Below are positions 19,164 through 28,995 of a stretch of DNA of 64,000 nt, piece after piece (position 1 is the stretch's first letter; every line of letters begins with the position of its first letter). This DNA comes from an uncultured Solirubrobacterales bacterium (lineage in GTDB: Bacteria > Actinomycetota > Thermoleophilia > Solirubrobacterales > 70-9), in assembly GCA_963807385.1 (NCBI GenBank), contig CAWEBQ010000003.1, positions 718,426 through 782,425 on the forward strand, in the 5' to 3' direction. The notes below the pieces were generated by a model that was not told the origin of the DNA, did not search any database, and worked only from the letters and a program-made list of their open reading frames with translations. Made by a program: the position numbers and the translations under genes.

Positions 19164-19807
19164 TGGGCGACGACACGGAAGCCCGCCCCGAGTCCGACCC
19201 CGCCGCCGCCGGACGCGGGAGGAGCACCGAAGCGCCCGAGGCCGAAGCCGAGGACGAGGGCTTCGAGGCCGGAGCGGAGGAGGCGGCGGGAGACGTCCAG
19301 GCTGATCTCGACTCTCTGTTGGCCGACACGCAGCGCGAGCGCGACGAGTACCTCGCGCTCGCGCAACGCGCTCGCGCCGACTTCGAGAACTACCGCAAGC
19401 GCGCGGGCGCCGAGGCCCGCGACGCCGAGCGGCGCGGCCGGGCGGCGATCGCCAAGGACCTCGTCCCGACGCTCGACAACCTCGAGCGCGCGCTGCTCGC
19501 GGCGGGCATCAACCCGGCGCCTGCGGACGCTCCCACGTCCGAGCCTCAGTCCGAGGAGGTCTCCGCTCACGACGCCCTGGCGCGCGGGGTCGAGCTCGTG
19601 TATCGGGAGCTTCGCGGCGCGCTTGGGCGATCGGGTGTGGAGTCGTTTGACCCGGCGGGCGACCCGTTCGATCCCGAACTGCATGAGGCCGTGGCAAGCC
19701 GCCCGGGCGAGGGCACGACCGCCGGGACCATCGTCGAGACCGTTGACAAGGGCTACCGGCTCGATGGGCAGGTGCTGCGTGCCGCGCGCGTGATCGTGGC
19801 GGACTAG
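19163..19807 (+). CDS. grpE: Nucleotide exchange factor GrpE
   Basis: 214 aa with RARADFENYRKR and a C-terminal FDP..HEA...V..GY motif. The start overlaps the dnaK stop (TGATG). Confidence 0.95.
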
Positions 19808-19809
19808 CC

Positions 19810-20913
19810 GTGGCCGCGCGCGATCCATACGAGATCCTGGGCGTCTCCAACAAGGCGACGGACGAGGAGATCAAGAAGGCCTACCGGAAGCTGGCCCGCG
19901 ACTACCACCCGGACCGCAACCCCGGTGATCCGGCAGCCGAGGAGCGCTTCAAGGACGTCCAGGGCGCCTACGACACCCTGTCGGACCCGGAGAAGCGGCG
20001 CGAGTACGACGCCGGGGGACGCTTCGCCAACTTCGGGGGCGCGGGCGGGGGCTTCACCTCGGACATCGGCGACATCTTCTCCACCATCTTCAGCCGCGGC
20101 GGCCCCGGCGGCGGCCAACAGCAGATCCGCGGACGCGACCTCGAGACGGAGGTGTCGCTCGGCTTCGACCAGGCCATGCGTGGCACCGAGATCTCGGTCA
20201 CGGTCCCGAAGCAGGCCACCTGCGAGACGTGCGGCGGCAGCGGGGCGAAGCCGGGCACTACACCGATCACGTGCCCTCGGTGCGGCGGGCGCGGGATCGA
20301 CTCCGAGAGCCAGGGCTTCTTCTCGATCAGCCAGCCCTGTGCCCAGTGCGGAGGTCGCGGCCAGGTGATCGAGCATCCGTGTCCGACGTGCTCGGGCTCG
20401 GGGACCACGCCGCAGCGCAAGCGCTACCGGGTCCGGATCCCGGCGGGCGTTCGCGACGGCACGCGGATTCGCGTCGCCGGCAAGGGCGAGGACGGGCCCC
20501 TGGGCGGTCCGCCCGGCGACCTGTTCGTGGTGACCCGCGTCCAGCCTTCGCCCGTGTTCGCGCAGAGGCCCGACGGCCACCTCGAGGTCATGGTGCCGAT
20601 CACCTACGCCGAGGCAATCCAGGGCGCGGAGGTGACGGTGCCAACCCTGAACGGGACCAAGCGCATCCGGATCCCCGCCGGAACGCAGCACGGCACGATC
20701 CAGCGGCTGCGCGGAGAGGGGCCGCCGCGCACGGGAGCCTCCAGCCGCGCGGACATCCGCTACCGGATGGAGATCGAGGTGCCAGAGGAGCTGACCGCCG
20801 ACCAGCGGCGCGCCCTCGACGAGTTCTCGAAGACGATGAACGACCGTGATCCACGCGAGCGGCTGCTGCGGGATGCATCCGCGGCGTCCGCGAATGTGGG
20901 GGCCAAGGCATGA
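19810..20913 (+). CDS. dnaJ: Co-chaperone DnaJ
   Basis: J domain DPYEILGV...YRKLARDYHPDRNP, and four CxxCxGxG zinc motifs (CETCGGSG, CPRCGGRG, CAQCGGRG, CPTCSGSG). Confidence 0.97.
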   Translation: MAARDPYEILGVSNKATDEEIKKAYRKLARDYHPDRNPGDPAAEERFKDVQGAYDTLSDPEKRREYDAGGRFANFGGAGGGFTSDIGDIFSTIFSRGGPGGGQQQIRGRDLETEVSLGFDQAMRGTEISVTVPKQATCETCGGSGAKPGTTPITCPRCGGRGIDSESQGFFSISQPCAQCGGRGQVIEHPCPTCSGSGTTPQRKRYRVRIPAGVRDGTRIRVAGKGEDGPLGGPPGDLFVVTRVQPSPVFAQRPDGHLEVMVPITYAEAIQGAEVTVPTLNGTKRIRIPAGTQHGTIQRLRGEGPPRTGASSRADIRYRMEIEVPEELTADQRRALDEFSKTMNDRDPRERLLRDASAASANVGAKA

Positions 20914-21389
20914 GCGCTCCCGAGGAGAGCACCCCGCGGCGGGCCCGCCGCCGGACCCGCACGACGACGACAGCGTCCTTCGACGCGGGTCGCGGCGTCT
21001 TCATGATCTCGGTCGCTGCAGAGCTGGCAGAGATGCACCCGCAGACGCTTCGCCTGTACGAGGCGCGCGGGCTGATCACCCCGAAACGCTCGCCGAAGGG
21101 CACCCGGCTCTACTCCCAGGAGGACGTGGAGCGCCTGTTGAGGATCCAGCGCATGACCGCAGACGAGGGCCTGAACCTCGCCGGGGTTGAGACCGTGCTG
21201 GAGCTGGAGGAGCAGCTCAACCGCGTTCGCGGAGAGCTGGCCAGGATGCGGGAGCGCAGCGCTCAGCTGGAGCGGGAGCTGCTCGAGGAGGTCCAGCGCG
21301 TAAGGCGCTCCGTGCGGGCCGAGATCGTCCCCTTCGGCGCCTACGAACGGCACGGCATCAGCGGGCGTCCGGGCCGGACGGCCGAGTGA
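20910..21389 (+). CDS. hspR: MerR-family heat-shock repressor HspR
   Basis: Contains ISVAAELAEMHPQTLRLYEARGLITPKRSPKGTRLYSQEDVERLLRIQRM. It is the last regulatory gene of the dnaK operon, with an ATGA overlap with dnaJ. Confidence 0.9.
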   Translation: MSAPEESTPRRARRRTRTTTTASFDAGRGVFMISVAAELAEMHPQTLRLYEARGLITPKRSPKGTRLYSQEDVERLLRIQRMTADEGLNLAGVETVLELEEQLNRVRGELARMRERSAQLERELLEEVQRVRRSVRAEIVPFGAYERHGISGRPGRTAE

Positions 21390-21742
21390 TCGCCTACGGC
21401 CTCGCGGCCGGCCGCATCGTGATCGGCGCCGGACTGTGGGCCGCCCCGAGGCTGTCGATGCGGATGCTCGGGTTCGCAGACCCGACGCCGGAGACCATCG
21501 CGATCGCCCGAGTCGCGGGAACACGTGACCTCATCCTGGGCGCCTGGCAGCTCCGCTCGATCGGGGATGACGCGAAGCTCGCTCGGGCGAGCGCCACGGT
21601 GGCCATCTGCGATGCCGGGGACACCGTCGCATTCGGCCTGCTGTTCGCCTCGGGGAACCGGGCAGCCGGGCTGCGGGGCCTGGCCGCGGCCGGGCCTGCC
21701 ACGGTCGCCGGGCTCGCGCTCGCCGCCTCCCACCGACGGTAG
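21386..21742 (+). CDS. Small hydrophobic protein, function unknown
   Basis: 118 aa with a GTGA overlap with hspR and Gly/Ala-rich hydrophobic segments. No family recognised. Confidence 0.55.
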   Translation: MIAYGLAAGRIVIGAGLWAAPRLSMRMLGFADPTPETIAIARVAGTRDLILGAWQLRSIGDDAKLARASATVAICDAGDTVAFGLLFASGNRAAGLRGLAAAGPATVAGLALAASHRR

Positions 21743-21766
21743 GGGCGCCCCAGGCACGGTGCGCAC

Positions 21767-21793
21767 AGATCTGAGTCGAGGGCACTTAGATCT
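21767..21793 (+). promoter_or_regulatory. HspR operator-like inverted repeat overlapping the clpB promoter
   Basis: AGATCTGAGT-CGAGGGC-ACTTAGATCT: 10-nt arms with one mismatch and a 7-nt spacer, which is HAIR geometry. It is immediately followed by the -10-like TATGCT (21793-21798) and TAGAAT (21798-21803). Confidence 0.5.
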
Positions 21794-21804
21794 ATGCTAG
21801 AATC

Positions 21805-24402
21805 ATGCCTGAAATGCAGGCTGACCGATTCACGATCAAGGCCCAGGAGGCTGTAGCCGGAGCCCAGCGCCTGGCGCTGGCCGCGCGCAATCCCGAGGTC
21901 GCCCCCGTGCACCTGCTCGGCGCCCTGCTCGAACAGGACGACGGGTTCGCGCCCGCGGCGCTGCGCAAGGTGTCGTCGGACGTCGTCGCGATCGCCGAGC
22001 GCACCCGCGCCGCGATCGCCGAGCTGCCGACGGTGGGCGAGGGGGCCGAGCCGCGCTTCAACGACGCCACTACCCACGTCCTGCGCAGGGCGGAGCGCGA
22101 GATGAGCGCTCTGGGGGACGAGTACATCTCGGTCGGCCACCTTTTGCTGGCGCTCGCCGATTCCGCGTCTCCCACGACGGATCTGCTGCCGGACCGCGAG
22201 TCCCTCGCCGGTGCCGTCGCCGAGACGCAGGGCCCCAGCCGGGTCACCTCCCCGAACGCGGAGGAGATGGCCGAGGCGCTGGAGCGCTACGGGCGCGACC
22301 TCACCGCCGACGCACGCGCCGGCAAGCTCGACCCGGTCATCGGCCGCGACGAGGAGATCCGCCGGGTGATCCAGGTGCTCTCCCGCCGAACCAAGAACAA
22401 CCCGGTGCTGATCGGCGAGCCCGGCGTCGGCAAGACCGCTATCGTCGAGGGCCTCGCCCAGCGCATCACGAACGGCGACGTCCCCGAGTCGCTGCGCGAT
22501 CGACGCGTGATCGCGCTCGACATCGGCGCCCTGCTCGCCGGCTCCAAGTACCGGGGCGAGTTCGAGGAGCGCCTGAAGGCCGTGCTCGGCGAGGTCCAGG
22601 CTGCCGAGGGCCAGGTCGTGCTCTTCCTGGACGAGCTTCACACCATCGTCGGCGCCGGCGCCGCGGAGGGCGCCGTCGACGCCGCGAACCTTCTGAAGCC
22701 GATGCTGGCCCGCGGGGAGCTGCGCGCGGTCGGTGCGACCACGCTCGATGAGTACCGCAAGCACATAGAGAAGGATGCTGCGCTTGAGCGCCGCTTCCAG
22801 CCGGTGCTCGTCGGGGAGCCCGACATCAACGACACCATCGCGATCCTGCGCGGACTGAAGGAGCGCTACGAGGTGCACCACGGCGTCCGCATCGCAGACC
22901 CGGCGATCGTCGCGGCCGCGACGCTGTCCGAGCGATACATCGCCGACCGCTTCCTCCCCGACAAGGCGATCGACCTGATCGACGAAGCGGCCTCGCGCCT
23001 GAAGATGGAGATCGAGTCCTCCCCTGTCGAGATCGACGAGGTCGATCGCCGGATCCAGCAGCTCGAGATCGAGAAGCAGGCCCTCGGCAAGGAGAAGGAT
23101 GCCGCCTCGAAGCAGCGCCTGGGGGCGATCGAGTCCGAGTTGGCGGACCTGGGCGAGAGCGCGGGCGAGATGAAGGCCCGGTGGCAGGCCGAGAAGGGCG
23201 CCATCGAGGCGATCAAGGCCGCCGTCGCCGAGCTGGAGGAGGCCGGGCGTGAAGCCGAGCGGGCCGAGCGCGCGCAGGACCTCGAGCGCGCCGCCGAGCT
23301 CCGCTACGGGGTAATCCCGGACCTCGAGAAGACGCTGGCGGCGCAGGAGGAGCGCCTCCGCGGGCTGCACGCCGAGGGCGGCTCGATGCTCGCCGAGGAG
23401 GTCACGGAGGAGGACGTGGCGCAGGTCGTGGCGCGCTGGACCGGGATCCCGGTCTCACGCCTGCTCGAGGGCGAGGTCTCAAAGCTCGTCCACATGGAGG
23501 GGCGGCTGCACGAGCGCGTCGTCGGCCAGGACGAGGCCGTGGAGGCCGTCTCGAACGCGTTGCGACGCTCGCGCGCCGGGCTCTCCGACCCGCACCGGCC
23601 GATCGGCTCCTTCCTCTTCCTGGGCCCGACCGGCATCGGCAAGACGGAGCTGGCAAAGGCCCTCGCCGAGTTCATGTTCGACTCCGAGCAGGCGATCATC
23701 CGCGTGGACATGTCCGAGTACATGGAGAAGCACTCGGTCGCGCGCCTGATCGGCGCACCCCCGGGCTACGTCGGCTACGAGGAGGGCGGCCAGCTGACGG
23801 AGGCCGTGCGCCGCCGCCCCTACGCCGTGCTCCTCCTCGACGAGATCGAGAAGGCACACCCGGACGTCTTTAACGTGCTGCTCCAGCTGATGGACGACGG
23901 ACGCCTGACGGACGGCCAGGGCCGCAACGTCGACTTCACCAACACGATCCTGATCATGACCTCGAACGTGGGCTCCGACAAGATCGCGACCGAGACCGTG
24001 GACGAGCGCATGCGCGAACGCGTCGAGGAGGTGCTCGAGACGACCTTCAAGCCCGAGTTCCTCAACCGCATCGACGACGTCGTCATCTTCCATCGCCTCT
24101 CCCGCGAGGACATCAGCCGCATCGTCGATCTGCAGGTCGAGCTCCTCACCGACCGCCTCGAGGAGCGAGGCGTCGAGATCCGGCTCAGCGACGACGCCCG
24201 GACGCTGCTGGGGAACCTGGGCTACGACCCCACCTACGGCGCCCGCCCGCTGAAGCGGGTGATCCAGAAGCAGCTCGTCGACCGGCTCGCCCTGGCGCTG
24301 CTGGAGGGCGAGTTCGCGGAGGGCGAGGTGATCGCGGTGGAGGCGGAGGGTGGCGAGCTCGCCTTTTCGGCGACCGGCGAGCGGACCGCCGCCGTCGCGT
24401 AG
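21805..24402 (+). CDS. clpB: Disaggregase ClpB
   Basis: 865 aa with two Walker A motifs ([16 protein letters not shown]), a middle coiled-coil region and the C-terminal GARPLKR motif. The start may be the ATG at 21805 or at 21814 ([13 protein letters not shown]). Confidence 0.97.
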   Translation: MPEMQADRFTIKAQEAVAGAQRLALAARNPEVAPVHLLGALLEQDDGFAPAALRKVSSDVVAIAERTRAAIAELPTVGEGAEPRFNDATTHVLRRAEREMSALGDEYISVGHLLLALADSASPTTDLLPDRESLAGAVAETQGPSRVTSPNAEEMAEALERYGRDLTADARAGKLDPVIGRDEEIRRVIQVLSRRTKNNPVLIGEPGVGKTAIVEGLAQRITNGDVPESLRDRRVIALDIGALLAGSKYRGEFEERLKAVLGEVQAAEGQVVLFLDELHTIVGAGAAEGAVDAANLLKPMLARGELRAVGATTLDEYRKHIEKDAALERRFQPVLVGEPDINDTIAILRGLKERYEVHHGVRIADPAIVAAATLSERYIADRFLPDKAIDLIDEAASRLKMEIESSPVEIDEVDRRIQQLEIEKQALGKEKDAASKQRLGAIESELADLGESAGEMKARWQAEKGAIEAIKAAVAELEEAGREAERAERAQDLERAAELRYGVIPDLEKTLAAQEERLRGLHAEGGSMLAEEVTEEDVAQVVARWTGIPVSRLLEGEVSKLVHMEGRLHERVVGQDEAVEAVSNALRRSRAGLSDPHRPIGSFLFLGPTGIGKTELAKALAEFMFDSEQAIIRVDMSEYMEKHSVARLIGAPPGYVGYEEGGQLTEAVRRRPYAVLLLDEIEKAHPDVFNVLLQLMDDGRLTDGQGRNVDFTNTILIMTSNVGSDKIATETVDERMRERVEEVLETTFKPEFLNRIDDVVIFHRLSREDISRIVDLQVELLTDRLEERGVEIRLSDDARTLLGNLGYDPTYGARPLKRVIQKQLVDRLALALLEGEFAEGEVIAVEAEGGELAFSATGERTAAVA

Positions 24403-24423
24403 ACGGGTACATTTCCGCGCTTG

Positions 24424-25383
24424 ATGCGCGCCATCGTCACGGGGACGGCGGGATTCATCGGTTCGCGCCTGTCCCGGCGACTACTGGAAGCCGGGAGCGC
24501 GGTCGTCGGGATCGATCGGATCTCCGACTATTACGACCCGGCGCTGAAGCGCGAGCGACTCGACCGCCTGGGCCGCGCCGACGGCTTCGAGCTGATCGAG
24601 GGCGACCTCTGCGAGATCGACCTCCGAGCCGTGCTGTCGGACGCGGACGTCGTCTTTCACCTGGCGGCCCAGCCGGGCGCCCGCGGCGGCTGGGGTGAGG
24701 AGTTCGGGGTCTACCAGCGCGACAACGTGACCGCCACCCAGCGCCTGCTGGAGGCCGCCCGGGAGGGCGCGCTGCGCCGGTTCGTCTTCGCCTCCTCCTC
24801 ATCGGTGTACGGGGAGGCCGAGCGCTACCCGACCGACGAGGGCCTGGAGCCGCACCCCGCCTCTCCGTACGGGATCACGAAGCTGTCCGGCGAGCAGCTC
24901 TGCCACCTGTACGGCAGGTACGGCGTGCCGGCGGTGATCCTGCGCTACTTCACGGTCTACGGGCCGGGCCAGCGCCCGGACATGGCGTTCTCCCGGTTCA
25001 TCGCCGCCGTGCTCGCGGGGCGGCCAGTGGAGGTCTTCGGCGACGGGTTTCAGGAGCGCGAGTTCACCTACGTTGATGACGCCGTCAGGGCCACAGTCGC
25101 CGCCGGTCAGCGTGGGCGGCCGGGGGCCACCTACAACATCGGCGGCGGGTCGCGAGCGAGCGTCCTCGCCGCGATCGAGCTGATCGGCGAGCTGCTGGAG
25201 CGGGTGCCCGAGGTGCTCCACCTCCCGGTGGCCGCGGGTGACCTGCGCCGTACCGCCGCCGACGTCTCCCTCGCGAAGGCCGAGCTGGGCTTCGCGCCCA
25301 GGACATCCCTACGAGCGGGACTCTCCGCCCAGCTCGACGCCACTCCGAGCGCCCGCGAGCCCGTACCCGAGATCCTCGAGTAG
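24424..25383 (+). CDS. NAD-dependent sugar-nucleotide epimerase/dehydratase (SDR family)
   Basis: Contains MRAIVTGTAGFIGSRL (GxxGxxG), S..SVYG and YGITK (YxxxK). Its 3' end overlaps the convergent GT-ST fusion gene by about 75 nt. Confidence 0.85.
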   Translation: MRAIVTGTAGFIGSRLSRRLLEAGSAVVGIDRISDYYDPALKRERLDRLGRADGFELIEGDLCEIDLRAVLSDADVVFHLAAQPGARGGWGEEFGVYQRDNVTATQRLLEAAREGALRRFVFASSSSVYGEAERYPTDEGLEPHPASPYGITKLSGEQLCHLYGRYGVPAVILRYFTVYGPGQRPDMAFSRFIAAVLAGRPVEVFGDGFQEREFTYVDDAVRATVAAGQRGRPGATYNIGGGSRASVLAAIELIGELLERVPEVLHLPVAAGDLRRTAADVSLAKAELGFAPRTSLRAGLSAQLDATPSAREPVPEILE

Positions 25384-27111
25384 CTCCCCGGCGACGGCCT
25401 CGAATGTGCGCACGGCGCCGGCGTCCATCTCGGTCCGCCAGCGACCGATCCGGTCGGGACGCGGCGGCTCGGCCACGAGCGCATGCTGCTCCGCCCGCCG
25501 TTCGGCCACGGGGGCCATGCGCTCCGCGGCTCCCAGGTGATAGCCCAGCACCGCGTCGTCCCAGGGCAGGTCGAGGAACCGCGTGAGCCGGCGGAGGGCC
25601 GGGGCCGGATCGGTCACGAGCGCCTCGTAGCGAACCTCCGTGTAGGCGTGCGGGGGTAGGCGGGAGGCCTGCCGGCGGGCGCCCACGGTGCGCTGGCGCC
25701 ACAGGCGTGCCGCGCCCTCGACATCGTCCGGCCCCCAGCTCACGCCGGCCAGCGAGACGGCGACGTCCCGGCCATCCCGGATGACCTGGACGAAGCGCGC
25801 CTCCGGCACCACCGCGCTGATCATCCGCATCCGGCGCGAGTAGCCGGGGGTCTTATCACCCCACCGCGGCTTCCCGACGCGGCGGGCGTGAACGACGTGC
25901 ACGCAGCGAACGGCGTCGGCCAGACGCAGGGGCCGGATCGCGCTGAGGTGCGCGGCCAGCTCGCCGGGATCCAGTCCGAGGGCCGGCCATCGGCGATGGG
26001 AGACGATCAACTCGTGCGTCATTCGCCGAAGCTCGTCCTGGCTAGCCCCCTCGGAGTCGAGCTTTCGCCAGCGGCGCACCAGCATCGGGATGAAGTGGGT
26101 CTCGGCCGGGATCGCTAGCCGCGGATGAGCGTCCAGCATCAACCGCAGGAGCGTGGTGCCGGAGCGCGGGGTGCCGATGACGAACGGGACCGGCGGTGGC
26201 CGGGGATCCGCCCGCAGGCGGGCCGCCGATGCGCGGAGCCGACCCGGCGTCGCCTGCGCCCGGGCCAGCGCCGTGCGCGGGTCCACCCGGGGCGCGGGGG
26301 GGGCGGTCCAGGGGCCGAGCCGCCCCAGCCGGTCTCGAAAGCGGGTGTCCTCGACGACCAGGTCGTCGGGGGTGTCAACCACCTCCCGCGCGTAATAGTC
26401 CTCGAGCTCACCGCGGCGCCAGAGCCTGTACTCGCGCCGCCGGTTGCGGTTGAACCGCTCCTTCGGGGTGTTGGCGTGCTCGATCGTGCGCCCACGGATG
26501 ATCACGCCGTGCTCGAACTGGTCGTAGGTTCGCATCTGGAAATGGAGCACCTCGACGGAGCCCAGCCGGACCGTCCTGCCGGCCGCCGGCTGCGCCGGCC
26601 GGTGCACCCCCTCGATCCTCAGCCCCGGACGGGCCCGGTGGATCCACTTCGGCAGCAGGGGCAGGTGAAGCTTGTTGACGGCCGCCCGCTGACGAAGCGT
26701 CATCCGCTCCCACCACGGCCGGCCGTCCTCCGGAGTCGGCACGAAGTTCAAGCGCCGGCACACCACGCCCCCGATGCCGGGGTCGAGGGCGGCGACCGCC
26801 TCCTTCAAGGTGCCGCTCTCCGGGAACCAGAACTCGTCCGCGTCGTTGGGGAGCACCCAGTCCGCCCCCTCCTCGTCGATCGCGATTCGCGCCATCCGGG
26901 TCAGCCACCGCGCCTGGCGGTAGACGCCCGGTTCGTCGATCACCCGGACGAGCCCACGCGTCTCGTAGTCGCGCAGGATCTCCCGCGTGCCGTCCCGCGA
27001 CCCGTTGTCCATGACGACGGCGAAGTCCACTCCCTGGGAGAAGTGGTAGTCGAGGTTCTCCCGCACGACGTCGGCCTCATCGCGTACGAGCAGGGTCATC
27101 ACCAGGCGCAT
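25309..27111 (-). CDS. Bifunctional fusion: N-terminal GT2-like glycosyltransferase domain plus C-terminal TPST-like sulfotransferase domain
   Basis: 600 aa. The N-terminal roughly 300 aa read LLVRDEADVVRENLDYHFSQGVDFAVVMDNGSRDGTREIL...NDADEFWFP and are paralogous to 47806..48900. From about aa 305 (about nt 26199 downward) it reads PFVIGTPRSGTTLLRLMLDAHPRLAIPAETHFIP...KPRWGDKTPGY...VIRDGRDVAVS. Confidence 0.85.
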   Translation of the reverse strand: MRLVMTLLVRDEADVVRENLDYHFSQGVDFAVVMDNGSRDGTREILRDYETRGLVRVIDEPGVYRQARWLTRMARIAIDEEGADWVLPNDADEFWFPESGTLKEAVAALDPGIGGVVCRRLNFVPTPEDGRPWWERMTLRQRAAVNKLHLPLLPKWIHRARPGLRIEGVHRPAQPAAGRTVRLGSVEVLHFQMRTYDQFEHGVIIRGRTIEHANTPKERFNRNRRREYRLWRRGELEDYYAREVVDTPDDLVVEDTRFRDRLGRLGPWTAPPAPRVDPRTALARAQATPGRLRASAARLRADPRPPPVPFVIGTPRSGTTLLRLMLDAHPRLAIPAETHFIPMLVRRWRKLDSEGASQDELRRMTHELIVSHRRWPALGLDPGELAAHLSAIRPLRLADAVRCVHVVHARRVGKPRWGDKTPGYSRRMRMISAVVPEARFVQVIRDGRDVAVSLAGVSWGPDDVEGAARLWRQRTVGARRQASRLPPHAYTEVRYEALVTDPAPALRRLTRFLDLPWDDAVLGYHLGAAERMAPVAERRAEQHALVAEPPRPDRIGRWRTEMDAGAVRTFEAVAGELLEDLGYGLAGARSGVELGGESRS

Positions 27112-27142
27112 CGGGCTCTCACCCTGCCATGCCCGGAGGGGT

Positions 27143-28942
27143 CTAGGGGTGCTCGATGCGGATCAGCTGATTGTCCGCCACGTCGTGGAGGGTCCGGATG
27201 GCGCCGTCGGTCCAGCGCACGGTCACACGGTCGACCGTCGTCGAGTCCCCAAGGCCGAAGTAGGTGCGCCAGTCGCCGGCCGAGTACCTCGAGCTGTCGC
27301 TCTGCCCGACCCAGGCCGTCTGCTCAGCACCGCCCGCCGCGATCCGCACCCGGGCGCCCGGGGCCTCGCGGGCACCGCTCCGGCCCCCGACGTCCACCTG
27401 CAGCCAGTGGTCGAGGGCGAGGTTGTTGCGGAACAGCGAGCTGAACCGCCCGGAGTCACCGCGGGCCGTTAGGGCCCCGTCGCGGTCGCCGTCTCCGTCC
27501 ACGTCCATCCACACCGCCCGGGCCGTCCTCAGGCTCCCGGTGGCGAGCATCCCGGTCGCGGTGAAGCCACCCTGCGGCCGCTGCTCGTAGATCCCCCCCG
27601 GGGGGGCGTAGAGGTCGAGCAGGCCGTCGTTTTGGTGGTCGATCCAGACGACTGGACCCTCCGCCTGCGCCGGCAGGCCCATCCCCGGGGGAGTGCGCGC
27701 CGCCAGGGCGCCGCGGCGGTTGGGAAGCAGGGTGAGCCCATCGCGCGCCGAGACGAGCACGTCGGCGTCGCCGTCGTTATCGAAGTCCGCCGACGCGACG
27801 CCCGCCACCTCCCCCCGGGGCAGGTGGGTCATGCGCTGTCTGCGCGCCCACCCGCCGTCCGCCCGACGCTCGAAGACGCGCAGGCCACCGCGGTCGAAGG
27901 TGATCAGCTCCGGCTTGAGGTCGCCGCGGAGGTCAACCCACTCGATCGCGGGGCCGCGCGCGCCCGCGCGCTTGAGCGGGCCTGACGCGTTCTCGAACCC
28001 CCGCCCGCGCCGAACGAACAGCCGAGTGGGCCCGTCGGTGCAAGACATCGACAGGTCGGTACGGGCGTCCCCGTCGGCGTCGATTGGCAGCGCAGCCCGA
28101 GCGCGGCAGCGGCCCTTGCGCAGCCCGCGCGCGGCCGCGAAGTCGTCGAAGACGCCGCGCGCCTGGAGCATCAGCTGGTCCTGAACCAGGTTGCCGTGGC
28201 CCTTGATGCGGCCGGCGAGCCCCCCGCGCGCGATCAGCGTGTCGCTGTCGCCGTCGGAATCCGCGTCCGCCCAGCCCATGCCGTGCCTGTCGCGGACCTG
28301 GATCGAGAACCTCGCCTTCGCCGCCTTTACCGCCTGCGAGCCGATGAAGGTCGGGTGGGCCGAGGTCTCGAGCACCTTGACCGGAAGCGCAAGCGGGACC
28401 ATCCGGACGTCAACGCGGCCGCCGGGCGGGATCGAGTAGTCCACGCGGGTGTTCGGGAGGTCGCCGCCGCCCTGGACGTCCACCCCCGCCCGCGCGCCGG
28501 ACTTGGCGATCGCCTTGACGATCCCGCGCGACTTGATCGAGCCCGAGGTGCTCACGCCGTGCGAGGCCAATCGCAGCCCGTTCGGCCGGTAGAAGACGTA
28601 AAGCCCCGGATCGCCGTGGGTCGGGGCGTTGTTGATCGCCTCGAGGCCGGGGAACGCCGGCTTGTGGTCGAGCCTCAGGTCCGAGAGCTGATTCGTAAAG
28701 CCGCCCCCGCCGTCGCCGATCAGCACCACCTGGCGGTTGTTGTGCGCGGTGGTGAAGAGATCCGGGCGGGCGTCGGCACCGACGTAGGCGACGCCCAGGT
28801 CGTAGACGCGTTGCGGGATCGGCAGATCGGTGGTCGTGAACGGGGCGAGGCGGGCCTCGGGCGAGGAGGCCCCGAACGCGAGCACGGCGACCAACACGGC
28901 GATCGCCGCGGTCTCCCTGCGATACCGCTTGCGTGCCCCCAT
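27143..28942 (-). CDS. Secreted FG-GAP/VCBS-repeat protein with a C-terminal ASPIC/UnbV domain (CRTAC1-like)
   Basis: 599 aa with an N-terminal signal-like segment AAIAVLVAVLAFGASS. Repeats include ADFDNDGDADVLV, WMDVDGDGDRD and ADADSDGDSD. The C-terminus reads GARVRIAAGG...GQSDSSRYSAGDWRTYFGLGDSTTVDRVTVRWTDG. It lies 31 nt upstream of the GT-ST fusion on the same strand. Confidence 0.8.
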   Translation of the reverse strand: MGARKRYRRETAAIAVLVAVLAFGASSPEARLAPFTTTDLPIPQRVYDLGVAYVGADARPDLFTTAHNNRQVVLIGDGGGGFTNQLSDLRLDHKPAFPGLEAINNAPTHGDPGLYVFYRPNGLRLASHGVSTSGSIKSRGIVKAIAKSGARAGVDVQGGGDLPNTRVDYSIPPGGRVDVRMVPLALPVKVLETSAHPTFIGSQAVKAAKARFSIQVRDRHGMGWADADSDGDSDTLIARGGLAGRIKGHGNLVQDQLMLQARGVFDDFAAARGLRKGRCRARAALPIDADGDARTDLSMSCTDGPTRLFVRRGRGFENASGPLKRAGARGPAIEWVDLRGDLKPELITFDRGGLRVFERRADGGWARRQRMTHLPRGEVAGVASADFDNDGDADVLVSARDGLTLLPNRRGALAARTPPGMGLPAQAEGPVVWIDHQNDGLLDLYAPPGGIYEQRPQGGFTATGMLATGSLRTARAVWMDVDGDGDRDGALTARGDSGRFSSLFRNNLALDHWLQVDVGGRSGAREAPGARVRIAAGGAEQTAWVGQSDSSRYSAGDWRTYFGLGDSTTVDRVTVRWTDGAIRTLHDVADNQLIRIEHP

Positions 28943-28995
28943 GACTGGGGAAAGCGTAGAGCAGTCGCCAGGGCGATAATCGATGTGCTTCCGAG

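Noticed and set aside
21394-23370. 658-aa minus-strand ORF, plus other long ORFs antisense to or out of frame with recognised genes (for example 17814..19031, 12610..14310, 40159..41997, 44917..46200, 46154..47737, 50366..51496, 55575..56834, 8335..9750, 15207..16253)
   Set aside because: They overlap genes with unmistakable homology (clpB, dnaK, ino1, the AsnB-like gene, pur genes, the sulfotransferases). They are Arg/Pro/Gly/Ala-rich with no motifs. Long shadow ORFs like these are expected in high-GC DNA.
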